DNA of 64,000 nt from Anthoceros angustus (lineage: Eukaryota > Plantae > Anthocerotophyta), in contig MU008162.1 in the NCBI GenBank assembly GCA_010909165.1, positions 1,054,001 to 1,118,000 of the forward strand. The letters run 5' to 3'. Below the pieces are notes generated by a model. The model did not search any database and had not been told where the DNA came from. It was given only the letters and a program-made list of their open reading frames with translations. The number at the start of each line of letters is the position of its first letter. Position 1 is the first letter of the stretch. Position numbers and translations under genes: made by a program. Below are positions 13,011 to 26,479 of this stretch, one piece after another.

Positions 13011-14427
13011 GGCTGACACGATGTGCTGGCGCTTGGTGGTCTTCAATCCTCTTTGGTGATGTGTTGGCAAGGATTGTAATGTAGTTGCGATAGCTTGTGA
13101 TGTTCGATGAATGCTGGCCAGGATTTGTTGGTGAAGGCGCAGCTCTTCTGACTTTAACGTGGGTCTTTCTGTAGGTGGTATGCATGCAACGAGATGGTAT
13201 TCGCGCCCTGTGGGCATTGCTTCCATGACATATGTCTCTTCCAAGCGTTGCAAAAGGCATGTTCTGCCGCTTGGTGCAACGGAGATTTCAAAAACCTGGT
13301 TGCTGGCCAAGGGGTGGCCCTTCAAAGGACACCCAACTGCACCTGCATCGTGGGAGGATGACCAATGGAAGCCGAGTATTTGGAGATTATTCGCGATCCC
13401 GCAACACGCATCATAGATGGGCGAAGGTGGCGCCGATAAGCTCAAACAATCGCTAGCAACACCTCGAAGTACTTAGAATCACTGGTTTGCACTTGCACAT
13501 TGCTATCTACCAACGGTGAGCGAATTTCCGCCATATTTGTATCATTCTTCTCATTTTTGAATGGTGCCGCTTGTGTGGAACATGAGCAGCCGCCCCCATG
13601 TCCACAAACTTCTCCATGCATGCCGTAGCCTCTTTAAAACACCGCCAAGACCAAGACCGCCTAGGGCTCCACCAGAAAAAGCTAATACGGAGGTGCGCTC
13701 ATGCTGGGACATGCACGAATATGTGCTTACCACGCCTCGGCGAAGACGCGCAATCCGGGCCAATTGTCGTGTCCACATGCAGCCAATCCAATCCTCCAAA
13801 GATGGACTCGAGGTGGTGGCCCTTCTGCATGTGGTCAAGGTCATGCTTTGGGAACGGAGGGCTTGAAGGAACATGGACGGTGTGGCCCTTAGTCCCTAAT
13901 GGCTGCTCGTGTGCCCCTACAGGCACCTAGCACTCTGGAAATTGTCAGCAGGGAGTGCTGAAGGATGTGGATGCCATTGTTGGTCGACTTTGCTCCTAAG
14001 ATGGCGTTCGGAAGAGTTTTGGCGATAATTTTGTAGGGTCTAGTGATGTGTGTCGATGGTGCTGCCACATTGGTGACCAGTAGTTCGCACCCAATGTGAA
14101 GAACGCGATGGCGGAGCGCTCGTGAGGGTGATGAGATTGAATTGGTGACCATGGTCGCATGCTTGTTGCTCTGTGCCCAAGAGGTTATAGCTGCAGTGAT
14201 GTTCACCTGCTAGTGGTTTGAAGCCTGAATTGTGTAGCTCGTCCTTTGGTGACCATGTGGCTATGCTTGATGGTGATGGTGTGGACAAGAGTGAAAAGGT
14301 TGGTGATGGTCGTTGTGATCTCCATCGCCCGCATGGAGACAGCTCTTCTCAAAGCCGCCGAGGGGCCAACTGTGGAGGCGATCAAGTGGACAATGACGAG
14401 CATGCAGAAGCTCATGACAAGGATGAA

Positions 14428-17400
14428 GATGCCACCCTGCATGCTCAAGAGGTGGATGACAGGTTGCCAGGTTTAGTTGCTGCTCTTGTAGAACAGATGA
14501 GAGCACAAATGCAGGTACAGGAAGTTCGCACCCTTCACGTGGTAGTGGCCGCCGTGGAGGAAACAATCGTGGTCGGGCTGGCCCATTGAAGCGGAGAGGG
14601 GCTGGGCGTGGAGGGAGGAACACTCGTGCCAGACGTAACCAGCCTGATGAAGAGCCTCAACGACCTGAAGGTATGGGCTATGGTTCGTGACCGACGTGTG
14701 TACAAATTTCATGGTGTTGGCTCAAGGGAAATCCCGAGGAAGTGGACTTTATCTCTTGAAATGTATGGAACTCTGCAGAACTTGACCTTCAAGGATACTA
14801 ATTGGGGAGGGGAGGAGTTTGAAGCAGGCACTATTGTTGTGAAAGCCTTCTACTATGAGCAAGTTCCCGACAGCATTGGTATGTACACTTTGTCGACTGA
14901 AGTAGCTGCCACCACCCCGGAGGACTGTGGCGACTAAGTTTTTGATGTGGCCAATGGAGAAGCAAAATGAAAACGCAGAACAACTGTACTGGCTCCACCC
15001 ACATGAGAGGAAGTACATAGAGTGGTTGGCAAAGGTCGAACATGGGCGAAAAAGTTGAAGACCGTGTGACGATTGAATGTGTTTGTTGTGTGGATCATGT
15101 GAGGGGTCTCGTGAATTTGTCCGCACGGTTGTGAGTGTTCGAGGCCATGTGACCACATTTTTGGACAAATGCGGTGTGAGTCGGGGATAAACACTTTGAG
15201 TCTGGATCCCATGTTGTATCAATGGGTATACGCCTTGTGACGAATGCTCCATTTTGTGAGGGCACACCGAAAAAACCCCCTATGTACCGAATGGTTCAAT
15301 GTATACGCCTTAGAATGAACGAGTGCCCTTCAAATTGCGTCACAAGATGACAATTGGGTCCAACACGATGCCACCGCATGCTCAAGAGGTGGATGAGTTG
15401 CCGTTTAGTTCTTGTAGAGCAGGGATGAGAGCACAAATGCAGGAAGTTCGCACCCTTCACGTGGTAGTGGCCGACGTGGAGGAAACAATCGTGGTCGGGC
15501 TGGCCCATTGAAGCGGAGAGGGCTGGGAGGGAGGAACACTCGTGCGACGTAACCAGCGATGAAGAGCCTCAACGACCAAGGTATGGGCTATGGTTCGATG
15601 TGACTACGGTACAAATTTCATGGTGTTGGCTCAAGGGAAATCCCGAGGAAGTGGACTTTATCTCTTGAAATGTATGGAACTCGAGAACTTGACCTTCAAG
15701 GATACTAATTGGGGAGGGAGGAGTTTAGGCACTATTGTTGTGAAAGCCTTCTACTATGAGCAAGTTCCCGACAGATTGGTATGTACACTTTCTGGACTGG
15801 CGTGCTGCCACCCAATGCTCCTCTGGAGGACTGTGTCGACTAAGTTTTGATGTGGCCAATGGAGAAGCAAAATGAAAACGGAACAATCAGATCCCCACAT
15901 GAGAGGAAGTACATAGAGTGGTTGGCAAAGGTCGAACATGCGAAGGCGAAAAAGTTGAAGACCGTGTGACGATTGAATGTGTTTGTTGTGGATCATGTGA
16001 GGGGTCTCGTGAATTTGTCGGCACTGGTTGTGAGTGTTCGAGGCCATGTGACCGACATTTTTGGACAAATGCGGTGTGAGTCGGGGATAAACACTTTGAG
16101 TCTGGATCCCATGTTGTATCAATGGGTATACGCCTTGTGACGAATGCTCCATTTTGTGAGGGCACCGAAAAGTGCTAACCCCCTATGTAATGGTTCAATG
16201 TATACGCCTTAGAATGAACGAAAGTGCCCTTCAAATTGCGTCACAAGATGACAATTGGGTCCAACACGATGCCAACCTAGCATCCTCCACCCACAAATGG
16301 CACAAGCGATGGCATGAAGAGTGAAAACCGGAAGGGCTCAAGCACACCGCCCATCACACCGGTGGAATTGGATGAAACACATATAAGGACATCACCCACA
16401 TTCCTACTCGGCATTCAAACCGGTGCATGAACAACACAAAGCTAACTAAGGAAGTATGCGCTAGCCTATGAACAAAGGAACATGTAAGGTCTGCGAAGTT
16501 CCTTCCCATGCGTTAGGATGGATTAGGCATCCACAACGCTTCCACCATCGCTATCCTCGCCTCTTGCACCATATTATTGTCCACACTCGGATCTGCAGAT
16601 TCGGCTCCCCGCCCGCTTCCCGACCATACGGCGCCGACGCCGCAGCCCAATACCGCTGACTGCTGCACGGGCGCCGCGGTACTCCACCGCAAAGAGCTTA
16701 ACGCCGCCATGGCTTGCATCGCCCTCTTGCACCATATTATTGTCCACACTCGGATCTGCAGATTAGGCTCCGCTCGCGCGTTCTTCCCGACCATACGGCG
16801 TGGCGTCTCGCCCGCAGCCCAATACCGCTTCCGCCTTTGTTGCCGGCGGTGGCGCTCGCGGTACTCCACCGCAAAGAGCTTAACGCCGCCATGGCATCGA
16901 TCCTCTTGCTTCCACGGCCCGGAGGTGCATGACCGCACTGCGTGGTGCCTCTTCGACGGTAGCAACGATGACGCCTAAGGCACTCGACCGAGCACCCACC
17001 CCATGTTGCTACCGGTGCGGACTTAGCGTAAGATGATCGGCTTCATGGGTGAAGGCGAGAGTGGAATGAATTGGGTGTCATATTACATCGCTTTTGTACA
17101 CAACCAAGCTGTTGCACCCGGCGGTCAAGTGGCCACCGTCATATGGCTCGGCTCTTATTCCCCACGGCGGGGGCGGCCTTTGGCATCACGTGTCCTCGAT
17201 GAAAACTTGAGGAGGACTGGTCTTGGCGACTAAGTTTTGATGTGGCCAATGGAGAAGCAAAATGAAAAAGCCAGAACAAGATCGCTCCACCCACATGAGA
17301 GGAAGTACATAGAGTGGTTGGCAAAGGTCGAACATGCAGGCGAAAAAGTTGAAGTGTGACGATTGAATGTGTTTGTTGTGTGGATCATGTGAGGGGTCTC

Positions 17401-18428
17401 GTGAATTTTGTGCACCTGGTTGTGAGTGTTCGAGGCCATGTGACCGGACATTTTTGGACAAATGCGGTGAGTCGGGGATAAACACTTTGAGTCTGGATCC
17501 CATGTTGTATCAATGGGTATCGCCTTGTGACGAATGCTCCATTTTGTGAGGGCACACCAGTGCTAACCCCCTATGTCTTGAATGGTTCAATGTATCGACG
17601 ACTTAGAATGAGCAGTGCCCTTCAAATTGCGTTCGCGCGACAATTGGGTCCAACACGGCATGCCAACCTAGCATCCTCCACCCACAAATGGCTGGATGGC
17701 AGTGAAGAGTGAAAAAGCGGAAGGGCTCAAGCAATCGCCCATCACCACACCGGTGGAATTGGATGAAACACATATAAGGACATCACCACACCATTCAAGC
17801 GGTGCATTGTGAACAACAGCTAACCAAGGGAAGTATCGCTAGCCTATGAACAAAGGAACATGTAAGGCCGGTGCGAAGTTCCTTCCCATGCTAGGATGGA
17901 TTAGGCATCCAACGCTTCCACCATCGTCATCGCCCTCTTGCACCATATTATTGTCCACACTCGGATCTGCAGATTAGGCTCCGCTCGCGCGTTCTTCCCG
18001 ACCATACGGCGTGGCGTCTCGCCCAGCCCAATACCGCTTCCGCCTTTGTTGCCGGCGGTGGCGCTCGCGGTACTCCACCTGCAAAGAGCTTAACGCCGCC
18101 ATGGCTTGCATCAATCCTCTTGCTTCCACGGCCCGAGGGAGGTGCGCCGGCACTGCGTGCCTCTTCGACGGCGGTAGCAAGCCGGTGTCGGAAGGCACTC
18201 GACCGAGCACGACCCCATGTTGCTACTGGTGCGGACTTAGCAGAAGATGATCGGCTTCGCGGGTGAAGGCGAGAGTGGGAATGAATTAATTGTCATATTA
18301 TTTTGTACACAACCAAGCTGTTGCACCCGGCGGTCAAGTGGCCACGTCATATGGCTCGGCTCTTATTCCCCCCAGGCGAAAAGAGGCCGCGCCGCATCAC
18401 GTGTCACGATGCGAGGAACTTGGAGGAA
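14428..18428. repeat. Overlapping tandem duplications (~0.9-kb x2, ~1.2-1.4-kb x2, inner ~160-bp x2)
   Basis: GATGCCA at 14428/15367/16268. GGAGGA at ~15825/17210/18422. Inner repeat ~16554-16715 recurs from ~16716. Confidence 0.85.
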
Positions 18429-18528
18429 TTAAGAATCATTATTGAATGCATTAAGTGTACCCGCATGTACAACTAATGAACGCAATTGTGATTACAGCTC
18501 ATGAGTACAATTGTTTTTTGGCATTTGC

Positions 18529-20460
18529 CTATGTTTCCATCAGATGCCCGCTTAATTCATTTTCTGCTAACAAGGTAGTCACCCGATGGAGTGCGTCACC
18601 CTCTAAAGCAAAGTACACACCCCCTACTGCACCTCGTCTTATGGTCATCTCAAATTTGCACATCTGCACGCATTCCGCACTGAGGATGCAATCGCATGGT
18701 CCGAATAAAGGCACACCGCTCGCATCTTGAATAGTGTAATACATTCCAACGACATGCTCCTAAGATGAAACGCCTTCATACTCCAAGGACACGATCTTGG
18801 GTGCGAAGAGTATGCTTTGCCTCCGCATCCGAGGACATAAAATGTTGTCCTCATCCGGGGGTCTGCAAAACGAGGAAGTTGTCTCCTACTTCGTAAGGTC
18901 AGCCATGTCGGAGATATCTTCACTCTCATTGTCCAGGATAACATCAGGACCATTGGTCCCTACGTCTGCACATCCGAGGCTAGAGGAGCACCATTAGGCA
19001 TGTTCGGAGGAGGCCTCGCTTGCGCACGAGTTATTCGCCTGGATTTGGCCATGTGGCCTCAAAGTGAAGGCTTTCCAATACCGAATGAGGCACCGCTTCG
19101 TATTCGCGCGCACTTCCTGCACTCCACGCAAAACAAGCAAGGCTACGCATTTTCAGCGGATCCGCTAAGCTAAACCCATAGATGTGCATTTTTTGGACCT
19201 GTGGGTCGCAACCAAACTTATTCCTGCTTACTTGGGCTTTTCTCTATGAGCCAAGCTCGATGCGCATGGTGTCCACTTGTGTAAGAAGAAAAGGCCCCCC
19301 CTGAAATATGACTTGTAAGGTAGGCCACGACATCCGCCGCTGATTGAAGCCTGGGTGCCGTTGGGGATGATTATGCTGCCCGCAACGCTCTTTTCGAATA
19401 GCTCCTGCTCCGTCATGTTCACCCTTCCCATGGCCACTACCGAAATACGACCACAACATCCGACACCCGCCAGTGAGACTGGGGTATCTTGCAATGAAAT
19501 ATGAAGGCCGACATGCCTTGAACTGGCTTGCAGCCCCATCCGACCAACACCAATGTTCTCGTGGCCGCGGAAACCAGAATCTGCCATCCATTGCCAATGC
19601 TTCATAACGCAATGTTGGACGAACAACGTATCGTGAACCAAGTCATCACTGATGTAAAAATGATAATACTTCTCAACGCTAGCCCTGGGTCTTGGGGTCA
19701 ATGGGCCCATTTCAGAAAAGACCAGACCAAAATGGATACTTGATCATTCCGCCATGCATAGATGATTGCCTCGAACACCAAAAGCATAGTTTTGATCAAG
19801 TCCATAATCGAGACAACGACATCCGATGGGAACCACTCTAAGCATTGCCTAAATTCCAAAGCCATCACGCACATAATCGTGGAGGATGAACTCCCTCATC
19901 TTTTCGAGAAGTATGACACAAACTCACTGGATGAGTCTCCATGAAAACTAGCTTTATGCGCTTCTTGTCCCGCCTCACTATCTCTACCAACCACTTGATA
20001 TTGAAAGCGCCGCCACTTCAAAATGGAGTCGGGTGCACCTCCTTTGATGTCTCACCGTGATGTAATCGCACCTTCCTCACGCCACAACGGGCCCGCTCAA
20101 GACATGCAAGCTTGTGCCATGCAAGATCACACTCTTTCTTTCGCTTCAAGAAGCAACCTGTATACAACAGTCGGTCGCATTGCAATGAAGAGGAGACTCT
20201 TCTACCGAGTGAGGAACACAAATGTCACACCGAATGGCATTGTCCACGAGGATGCACTCTTGAAAGCCCACCACGCAAAGCATTAAAAGCGCCCTTGAGG
20301 AAGGCCATTTCTACATGGTACCGGCAGCATGCGTTGCGCTTTTTTGACGAAATACGGTTTCGCTTTTCAAAAGTACGCCCCTAACTTGAATCTCTGGTGC
20401 TCCAAGAAACCGCAAGTAGAACTCCGTCTGCAACACCCAGGATAGGCCATCAGGATTGAG
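18529..20460 (-). pseudogene. Sola2-like transposase, frameshifted
   Basis: Motifs across frames: VVSIMD(F.E)NYAF..MHW..DQVSILV; HFYISDDLVHDTLFVQHC; HWCWSDGAASQFK; LWSYFGSGHGKGEHDGAGA. Family assigned from recalled motifs, not a search. Confidence 0.65.
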
Positions 20461-20759
20461 ACACGCCATCACACAAATTACTAGCTACTGGCTTTGAGCA
20501 ATAACACAACGTGTGCAAGCAAGGAATGTGCCACCCGCGGTCTGCACACACATTTCCACACTCATAGCATACAAGCGTCTCCGTGGACACCAAGCCACCT
20601 GCCTACCATAACACCACAAACCACGCCATAACACCAGACCACCTCGATGTCCTCATGACCAGGGGATGACACTATCACGGTGGCTACATTGCTCACCGCG
20701 TCACTACATCACCACAACTTGCATCGGCCACAAATGGGCCCACCACCACCTCCAGCCCC

Positions 20760-21160
20760 GCCACATCCGAGCTCGCCACACCACCTCCGGAGCCCCGCCA
20801 ACACATCCGAGCTCCTGCCACCACCTCCGAGCTCCTCGCCACCACCTCCGAGCCCTGCCACCACCTCCGAGCCCTGCCACCACCTCCGGAGCCCTGCCAC
20901 CACCTCCGGATCCCTGCCACCACCTCCGGAGCTCTGCCACCACCTCCCGAGCTCCACCACCACATCCAGAGCTCCACCACCACATCCGGAGCCCGGCCAC
21001 CACATCTCGAATGCGCGACCACAGCATCCGGAGCCCGACCACCACATCTAGAGTCGAACATCGCACCGGAGGTTGACCACAACATGTGGAGCCCTCCAAC
21101 CATATCCGGAGCTCGACCACCGATTCGTAGCCCGACCACCACATCCGAGCCCGACCACCG
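20760..21160. repeat. ~21-bp GC-rich minisatellite near the transposon end
   Basis: ccaccacctccggagccctg-like unit repeated about 15 or more times. Confidence 0.9.
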
Positions 21161-21721
21161 CATCCACGTCCCACCGCATCCGCCACCGCATAACAACATC
21201 ACCATGCCTAGCACGGCTACCACATGCCCACATCCCAAACCCGCCAACATGCCAAACCGACGTACCACCGCCCGGCTCCACCACCATTGCAACCACGGAT
21301 TCCCTAATATCCGCCTCCAACCTATAGCATCACCTCATGGAGGCAAAACCCACCGGTCGGACCATCTCCAACAACCTACGAGCACAATGGACTAAAAAGG
21401 AAGCGTTGAAGTGCCGGGCACTTAACGAGCAAGTCAGACTTGCACAAAGAAGGAACCCACATCCCAAGCAACGTGGAAAAAATCACAACACACACGATGC
21501 AATTAAATCGCCATTGTAGGTCCATACCCGAAGCCTTAAGCTCAAGAAGGTGCACCCTCCTCCCGGTCAGAACTAACCACTCGCCTGGAGAACAGAGCAC
21601 GAACCAATCCGCAAGAACATCCAGGAGCACGCACCACACAAATGGCCAGTTTCGAATGCAATATGGAGGATGCCTAAGCGCTTCTAAACGAGCGGACATT
21701 TGACATAAGAACCAGCATGGC

Positions 21722-24700
21722 ATGAACACGGGATCGCTCCCATCAGACGTGCTCCTACAAAGACCACTTGCACCAGCATGCCCTTTCGAACCAAACAAGG
21801 TTCTTAGAAGACGCATGTGGACTACGGACTTCCCTGGGGAGTTAGAAATTAGGTAGGGTTTTGTTTTTTTAGGAGTAAAGGATAAAATGAGGCGAAAAAG
21901 GGGGAAATAAGCACGGTTAGCACTCCGGACGGCACTCCGGAGTATACTCCGACCGAGTGAACAGCCTGGCGGCGGCGCGGGTAACGGATAAGTCCGGACC
22001 CACTCCAGACCAGTGATAAGTACGCTGTGAAAGTAACTTAGAAGGCCGTGGACGACCAGGCGACGCCACGGACGACCGAGTGGAGGACGGCATGGGTCAG
22101 ACCGTGAACTTGCTGAGGCCGGTATTCACGCCTGACGCGCGCGCGAGGGGCCGAGCACGCGCGCGAAGGCCGAGTACGCTGCAGCCAGAGGGGCCGAGGC
22201 CATGCACCGCGCTACGGATGTGGAAGAGGCGCCCCGCCCGCCGTTACTCCGGCGTGGTCGCGGAGAAGGCTCACGGCACCGAGACACTCGCGATCTCGCG
22301 CCCGCAACCGCTCGGGCGGTATCTCGTGGGACACTGACGCTCGGCTCACCGCTGAGGTCGGAGCAACGCGCGAAGAAGGCGAACGTGCTGCCAGCCTCCG
22401 ACAAGCCAAAGAACCAAGGAGGAGAAGGCGATGGCACCCAAAAGCCCGCGAAGTTTGGGAGCCATGGAACCTTGTGGAGCGCAACATTGTGACCCGCGCT
22501 ATCCGGACTTTGGGCTCGCCCGTGAAGCGGAGAATTGGTGGAGTGGCATTTGGATGTGTTCCATGGTCCGACATTTGATAGTGTCACCGTCCGGGAGTTC
22601 GCCCAAGATGCGGCGGTCAATAAGGAGGTGCGGTCCAAGAACCTCCGGAGGACCCAAGGCGATGGACCTTGAGGTCCCGAGGCGCCTACAACCGCCCCAA
22701 GGAGGAAGAGGGGAGGGTGCCGAGCCCCTCAAGGCGAAGGGAAGATAGGGCCACCAGCAGCCGATGCTAAGGCTCGACGCAACGACCACCAACGGTTGGT
22801 CGATATCCGACCTGCTGATGCCGAGTAAGGCGGTGGCCCGGATCATTGTCCATCGAACCTACTCACCAAGGTGGATCACCTTGGTGATAATCTGGTGTCG
22901 CACGCCGCAGGGGGAAGAGGGCGGACTGGGAAGGATTATCTTCGCCCGCTTAGCTGTGAGGCTCGCAAGCTCAGACCGAGAAGCCTTCGCCATCTGGGCC
23001 GCCCCATACCCGATCCATGTATGGGGGCATTTCGAGCTCCTCAAGGAAGGAGAGCTTGAGCGAGCGCCCGAAAGGACCGAGGCCCCGCCAAGTGGAGGCA
23101 AGGGCCGGAGGGAGGAGGCCCGAAAGCCAAACGGACGGAGGAGGACGATCGAGGATTCCGACTCCATACCCCGAACGGACCCTCACCACCTGTGGAAGTA
23201 TGGGAAGAAATTCCCCGCCTCCTCCTTCCGTGCCCCAACCAGAAAGCCCAAAGCAGAAGTGCCTGACCCCGCCAGCCGCCAGCCATCACTCCTACCGAGG
23301 AGCCCCCGACTGTGAGAGAGCCAAGAGACGCAAGACCACTACCAACGCTGCACCCTGGGCCGGTGCAAGATTCCCCGCCACCTGAGTGGCAAGAAGGGAG
23401 GAAGGGAGGCGAAAGGGACGCCGCCTGTGAGCAGGAGGACACCGCGCAGATCCAGACCGGCCCCTGCCGCTGTGAAGGGGCAAAGGGCGTTGCCTGACTC
23501 CATCACCTCCGCCGAGCCCTGTGGAGGAAAAGGGCGAGAAGGAGCTCGCGCCAAAAGGGCCAAGGAGGGGAAGCTCGAGTCAAAGACTCGTGACCTAAGG
23601 GTCCCGATTGAGAACCCACCGACTTTCGGATCATGCGGGAGGTCCGTCCATCCGCAAGGACCGAGGCCCCGCCACGGACTTTGTGGGAGCCTCACTCCGC
23701 CGGAAGAAACACGGCGGGTCCTGCTACCGCCATGGAGATGCCTGGGGTCTCGGGATGGCCGAGAAGACCTGTGGAGGTAGAAGCCACCCGAGGCGCATGG
23801 TACTCCTCCAGAGTGCTGAGGGAGCCCAGAGGCGAAGGAAGGCCAAGCTCTCGGCCGATTGAGGAAGGAAAACGGAGGCGGAGGAGGTCCGTCCATCCGC
23901 AAGGACCGACTAAATTCCTTCACCGGAGGAACCAAGGCAAGGAGGCCCAAGGAGGCGGAGGACCTCCGCAGTGAGGGGCGAGCGCAGAGAGCGAGGACGC
24001 CCGGCGCAAGCGTAACGGGCGCGGATCCGCGGAGGCAGCCTGATCGACCAGAGCCAAGCCGAGAGGCTGTGAAGGTGGCCAAGGAGGCGGAGGCCACGGC
24101 GAAGGCCGATCGCGATCACTATCGCGTGATCGAACCGTGGAGGAGGCGGCCGAGAGAGCCACGCCAATCAAGGCCGAGCAAGTGGTCATGGAGCAAGCAC
24201 GGCCGAGCCGTGAGGAGGCATCGAGGCCAAGACCCGGGAGATTGGGGACCCTGTGCACTGCAGGAGGTAGAAGAGGCGGAGGCGGAGGACAAGAAGGACA
24301 CCTTGGAGTTGCAACCCAAGATGCGGAAAGCAGGGGTTCTCAACGAGAGAATCCAAGACTTCGAGCGAGGTAGAACGCCCAGCCTAAAGACGGAGGAGAA
24401 TAGGCGACGTGCAAGGAGTTCGACGCAAGGTTGCAGGATGTGGAGGAAGCCGAGTGACGGGGATACCGCCCGCCTGGAGAAGGAAGGAGTGACCTCCGGA
24501 AAGAATAGACGAGGAAGAAAGCACCGGAGGAGAGGCTGTTGCTCGTCCGCAGGAAGCAGAAGGGGAGCTCACCCATGGCCCGAACCGTGAGGAACAACGA
24601 CGGAGGAGGAGAACGCCGAGAAGCCAAGGTTGCAAGAGGTAACTGAGGCAGCCTTGACGGCCTCAAGGAGTCCGCCCGCCACCGTAAGCTTGGCCACAGA

Positions 24701-26479
24701 GACAAGCAGCGGCGATCTGGAGCACCTCGAGGAGGGAGTAGTGCCCGGCTCATGTAGAGGAGGCGATTCAGAAGTCGATTCCGACTCGCCTACTACCACG
24801 CAGAGCTCCTCAAGGCTCGAGGTCCCGCGCCACCCCAGGTGAGGGTGGACTCCAAGGGATGGAAGGAGGAGCGAGAGAGGATGGGACGCAGACACCTGGA
24901 GTCCTAGGAGCTGCTTGATGACGGCAGCAGCAGCGAGGGAGAGCAGGAGGAGGAGGAAGGGTCGCCACACCGAGGTAAGCACCCAAGACCTCGCATGGAA
25001 GGAAGAGGGAGGATCTTGGAGAGGAAGGGAAGGGTGCAACCGGGCATTCGGGAACCAAGGGAGGGCTCAGAGATGAACCCGTGACTAGCCCGGTGAGGAG
25101 GCATGCCCAGAGTCGAGGGTCCTGACTTTGTCCGAGAGGAAGGCCGGATCCCGAGGTCCGCCTCAAGGAAGTCCGACTTAGGGATCCAGACTCCAGACCG
25201 ACCGAGGTCCGGACCCTGTGGAAGGGTTGGGTCCAAGACCGACCTGAGGCAAGTCCGACCCGAGGACCGACAAAAGAAGGCCGGACCTAGAGGTCCGGAC
25301 CCGGAGGAGGGAAGACTGACCTAGAGGTCCTGACCGAGACAGTGGTCCCGAGGTCCAAACTCGGGAGTGGGGAGACCACCAGAAGCATTTTGAGGGCCCA
25401 TCAGGGCCCGCCAGAGAGAGAAGAGGGGAGGACGAGGAAGACTTGGTGATCGCCGTCGCCGCCACGGTGGCGCCTCGGCTGCACTGAAGAGGAAGGGTCC
25501 GCCTCGCGGATCATCCGATTGCGCGCGCGCACATGGCTGTCGCTTGGGCCGTGCCAAGAAGGAATCGGGGGCCATCCAGCCCACCACCGACCAAGGCGGA
25601 ATAGGGAGGATAGTAGGCGGTTAGGCACACCGAAATGGGCCTCTCACCGTAATAGAGGTGTAATAAAGGCCGACCTTCAGTATAAGAGGGCTAAGGCCTC
25701 AATAAATCATCTTCTCTTGGTGTTGATGCCGCTGCTCTGCACCTTTGTGTGTCTTCTTGCTAACGTGAGTCCCGAGTCACCGAAAGGTGCACGACGCCCG
25801 GGAGATTGATCGTGGTCCCGTGACGGACCTAACGTGTTGTGGTGTGTGCGGTGGGAGGTGATCGGTGACCCGTGCTCGTCGAGCAGCGACCCGGCCGAGC
25901 GACGGGCATGTGGCCGGAGGAACTCGGGAGGCGTCTGAGCCGGAGGAACTCCGGAGGGCGGCAGAGTCCGGAGAGAGGCCCGCGAACGACGGAGGAGGTC
26001 CGGACCGTAACCCGCCTTTCCCTAAGACCGATGAGGCGAGTGTAGCGTGAGAGAGAGGAAAGGACCGAAGTGTGAGTGACGAATGAACGATACGGACGCG
26101 AACGGGTCCCTAAACGCTTGGCCATACCGGCCCGACGACGAACGCTAAGAAGCGTGTGCGAGGTCGAACGAAAGTGAGGTAAGAATCACCAAACGCGCAA
26201 CGGAGCCTATCATTCCCTTTGGGAATCCGACTCTTCCTACAACGACACGGATTGTGCGCCCCTACCGCCATCAAAGTCGCGCCACACACGCATCTGGAAG
26301 AACATGAACCACCACATGTCGTGCCCGCACAAACTAAATTGAAGACCAATGAGTATCACCGAGAGGTGTCGAGGAAGTGGATTATATGCTTGACATATAT
26401 GAGTTGGGACCAAGATGCATCCGCTTTGTGTCCTTGGTGTTTGAAGAAGGCCGAGATGCCACCTCCAAAATTGCACTAA
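21722..26479 (+). CDS. 124-aa antisense ORF of the copia 3' region, split by the 21835-26212 insertion
   Basis: MNTGSLPSDVLLQRPLAPACPFEPNKVLRRRMWTTDFP (21722-21834) continues in frame as LGIRLFLQRHG..LCPWCLKKAEMPPPKLH* (26218-26479) after removing the insert and one TSD copy. Confidence 0.5.
21835..26212. mobile_element. 4.4-kb GC-rich solo-LTR-like insertion (gypsy, Tat/Ogre-like) with a decayed internal ORF
   Basis: Begins TG and ends CA, flanked by TTCCC at 21830-21834 and 26213-26217. No gag/pol motifs and no terminal direct repeat seen. A frameshifted, E/K/R/A-rich + strand ORF runs from MAPK at 22431 to ~24900. Confidence 0.75.

Larger units (their letters stand above)
9202..21259 (-). 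mobile_element. ~12-kb DNA transposon with a Sola2-like DDD transposase, degenerate and internally duplicated
   Basis: Imperfect inverted termini CAGTTGGCATGTT (9202-9214) and AACATGCCAAACCG (21246-21259). Imperfect flank duplication accgtccc/acgtacc. Transposase motifs at 18529-20460. Confidence 0.6.

Noticed and set aside
22080-26125. Many overlapping 60-250-aa ORFs as separate genes
   Set aside because: This is GC-rich, stop-poor sequence inside one TSD-bounded insert, best explained as one frameshifted ORF plus shadow frames.
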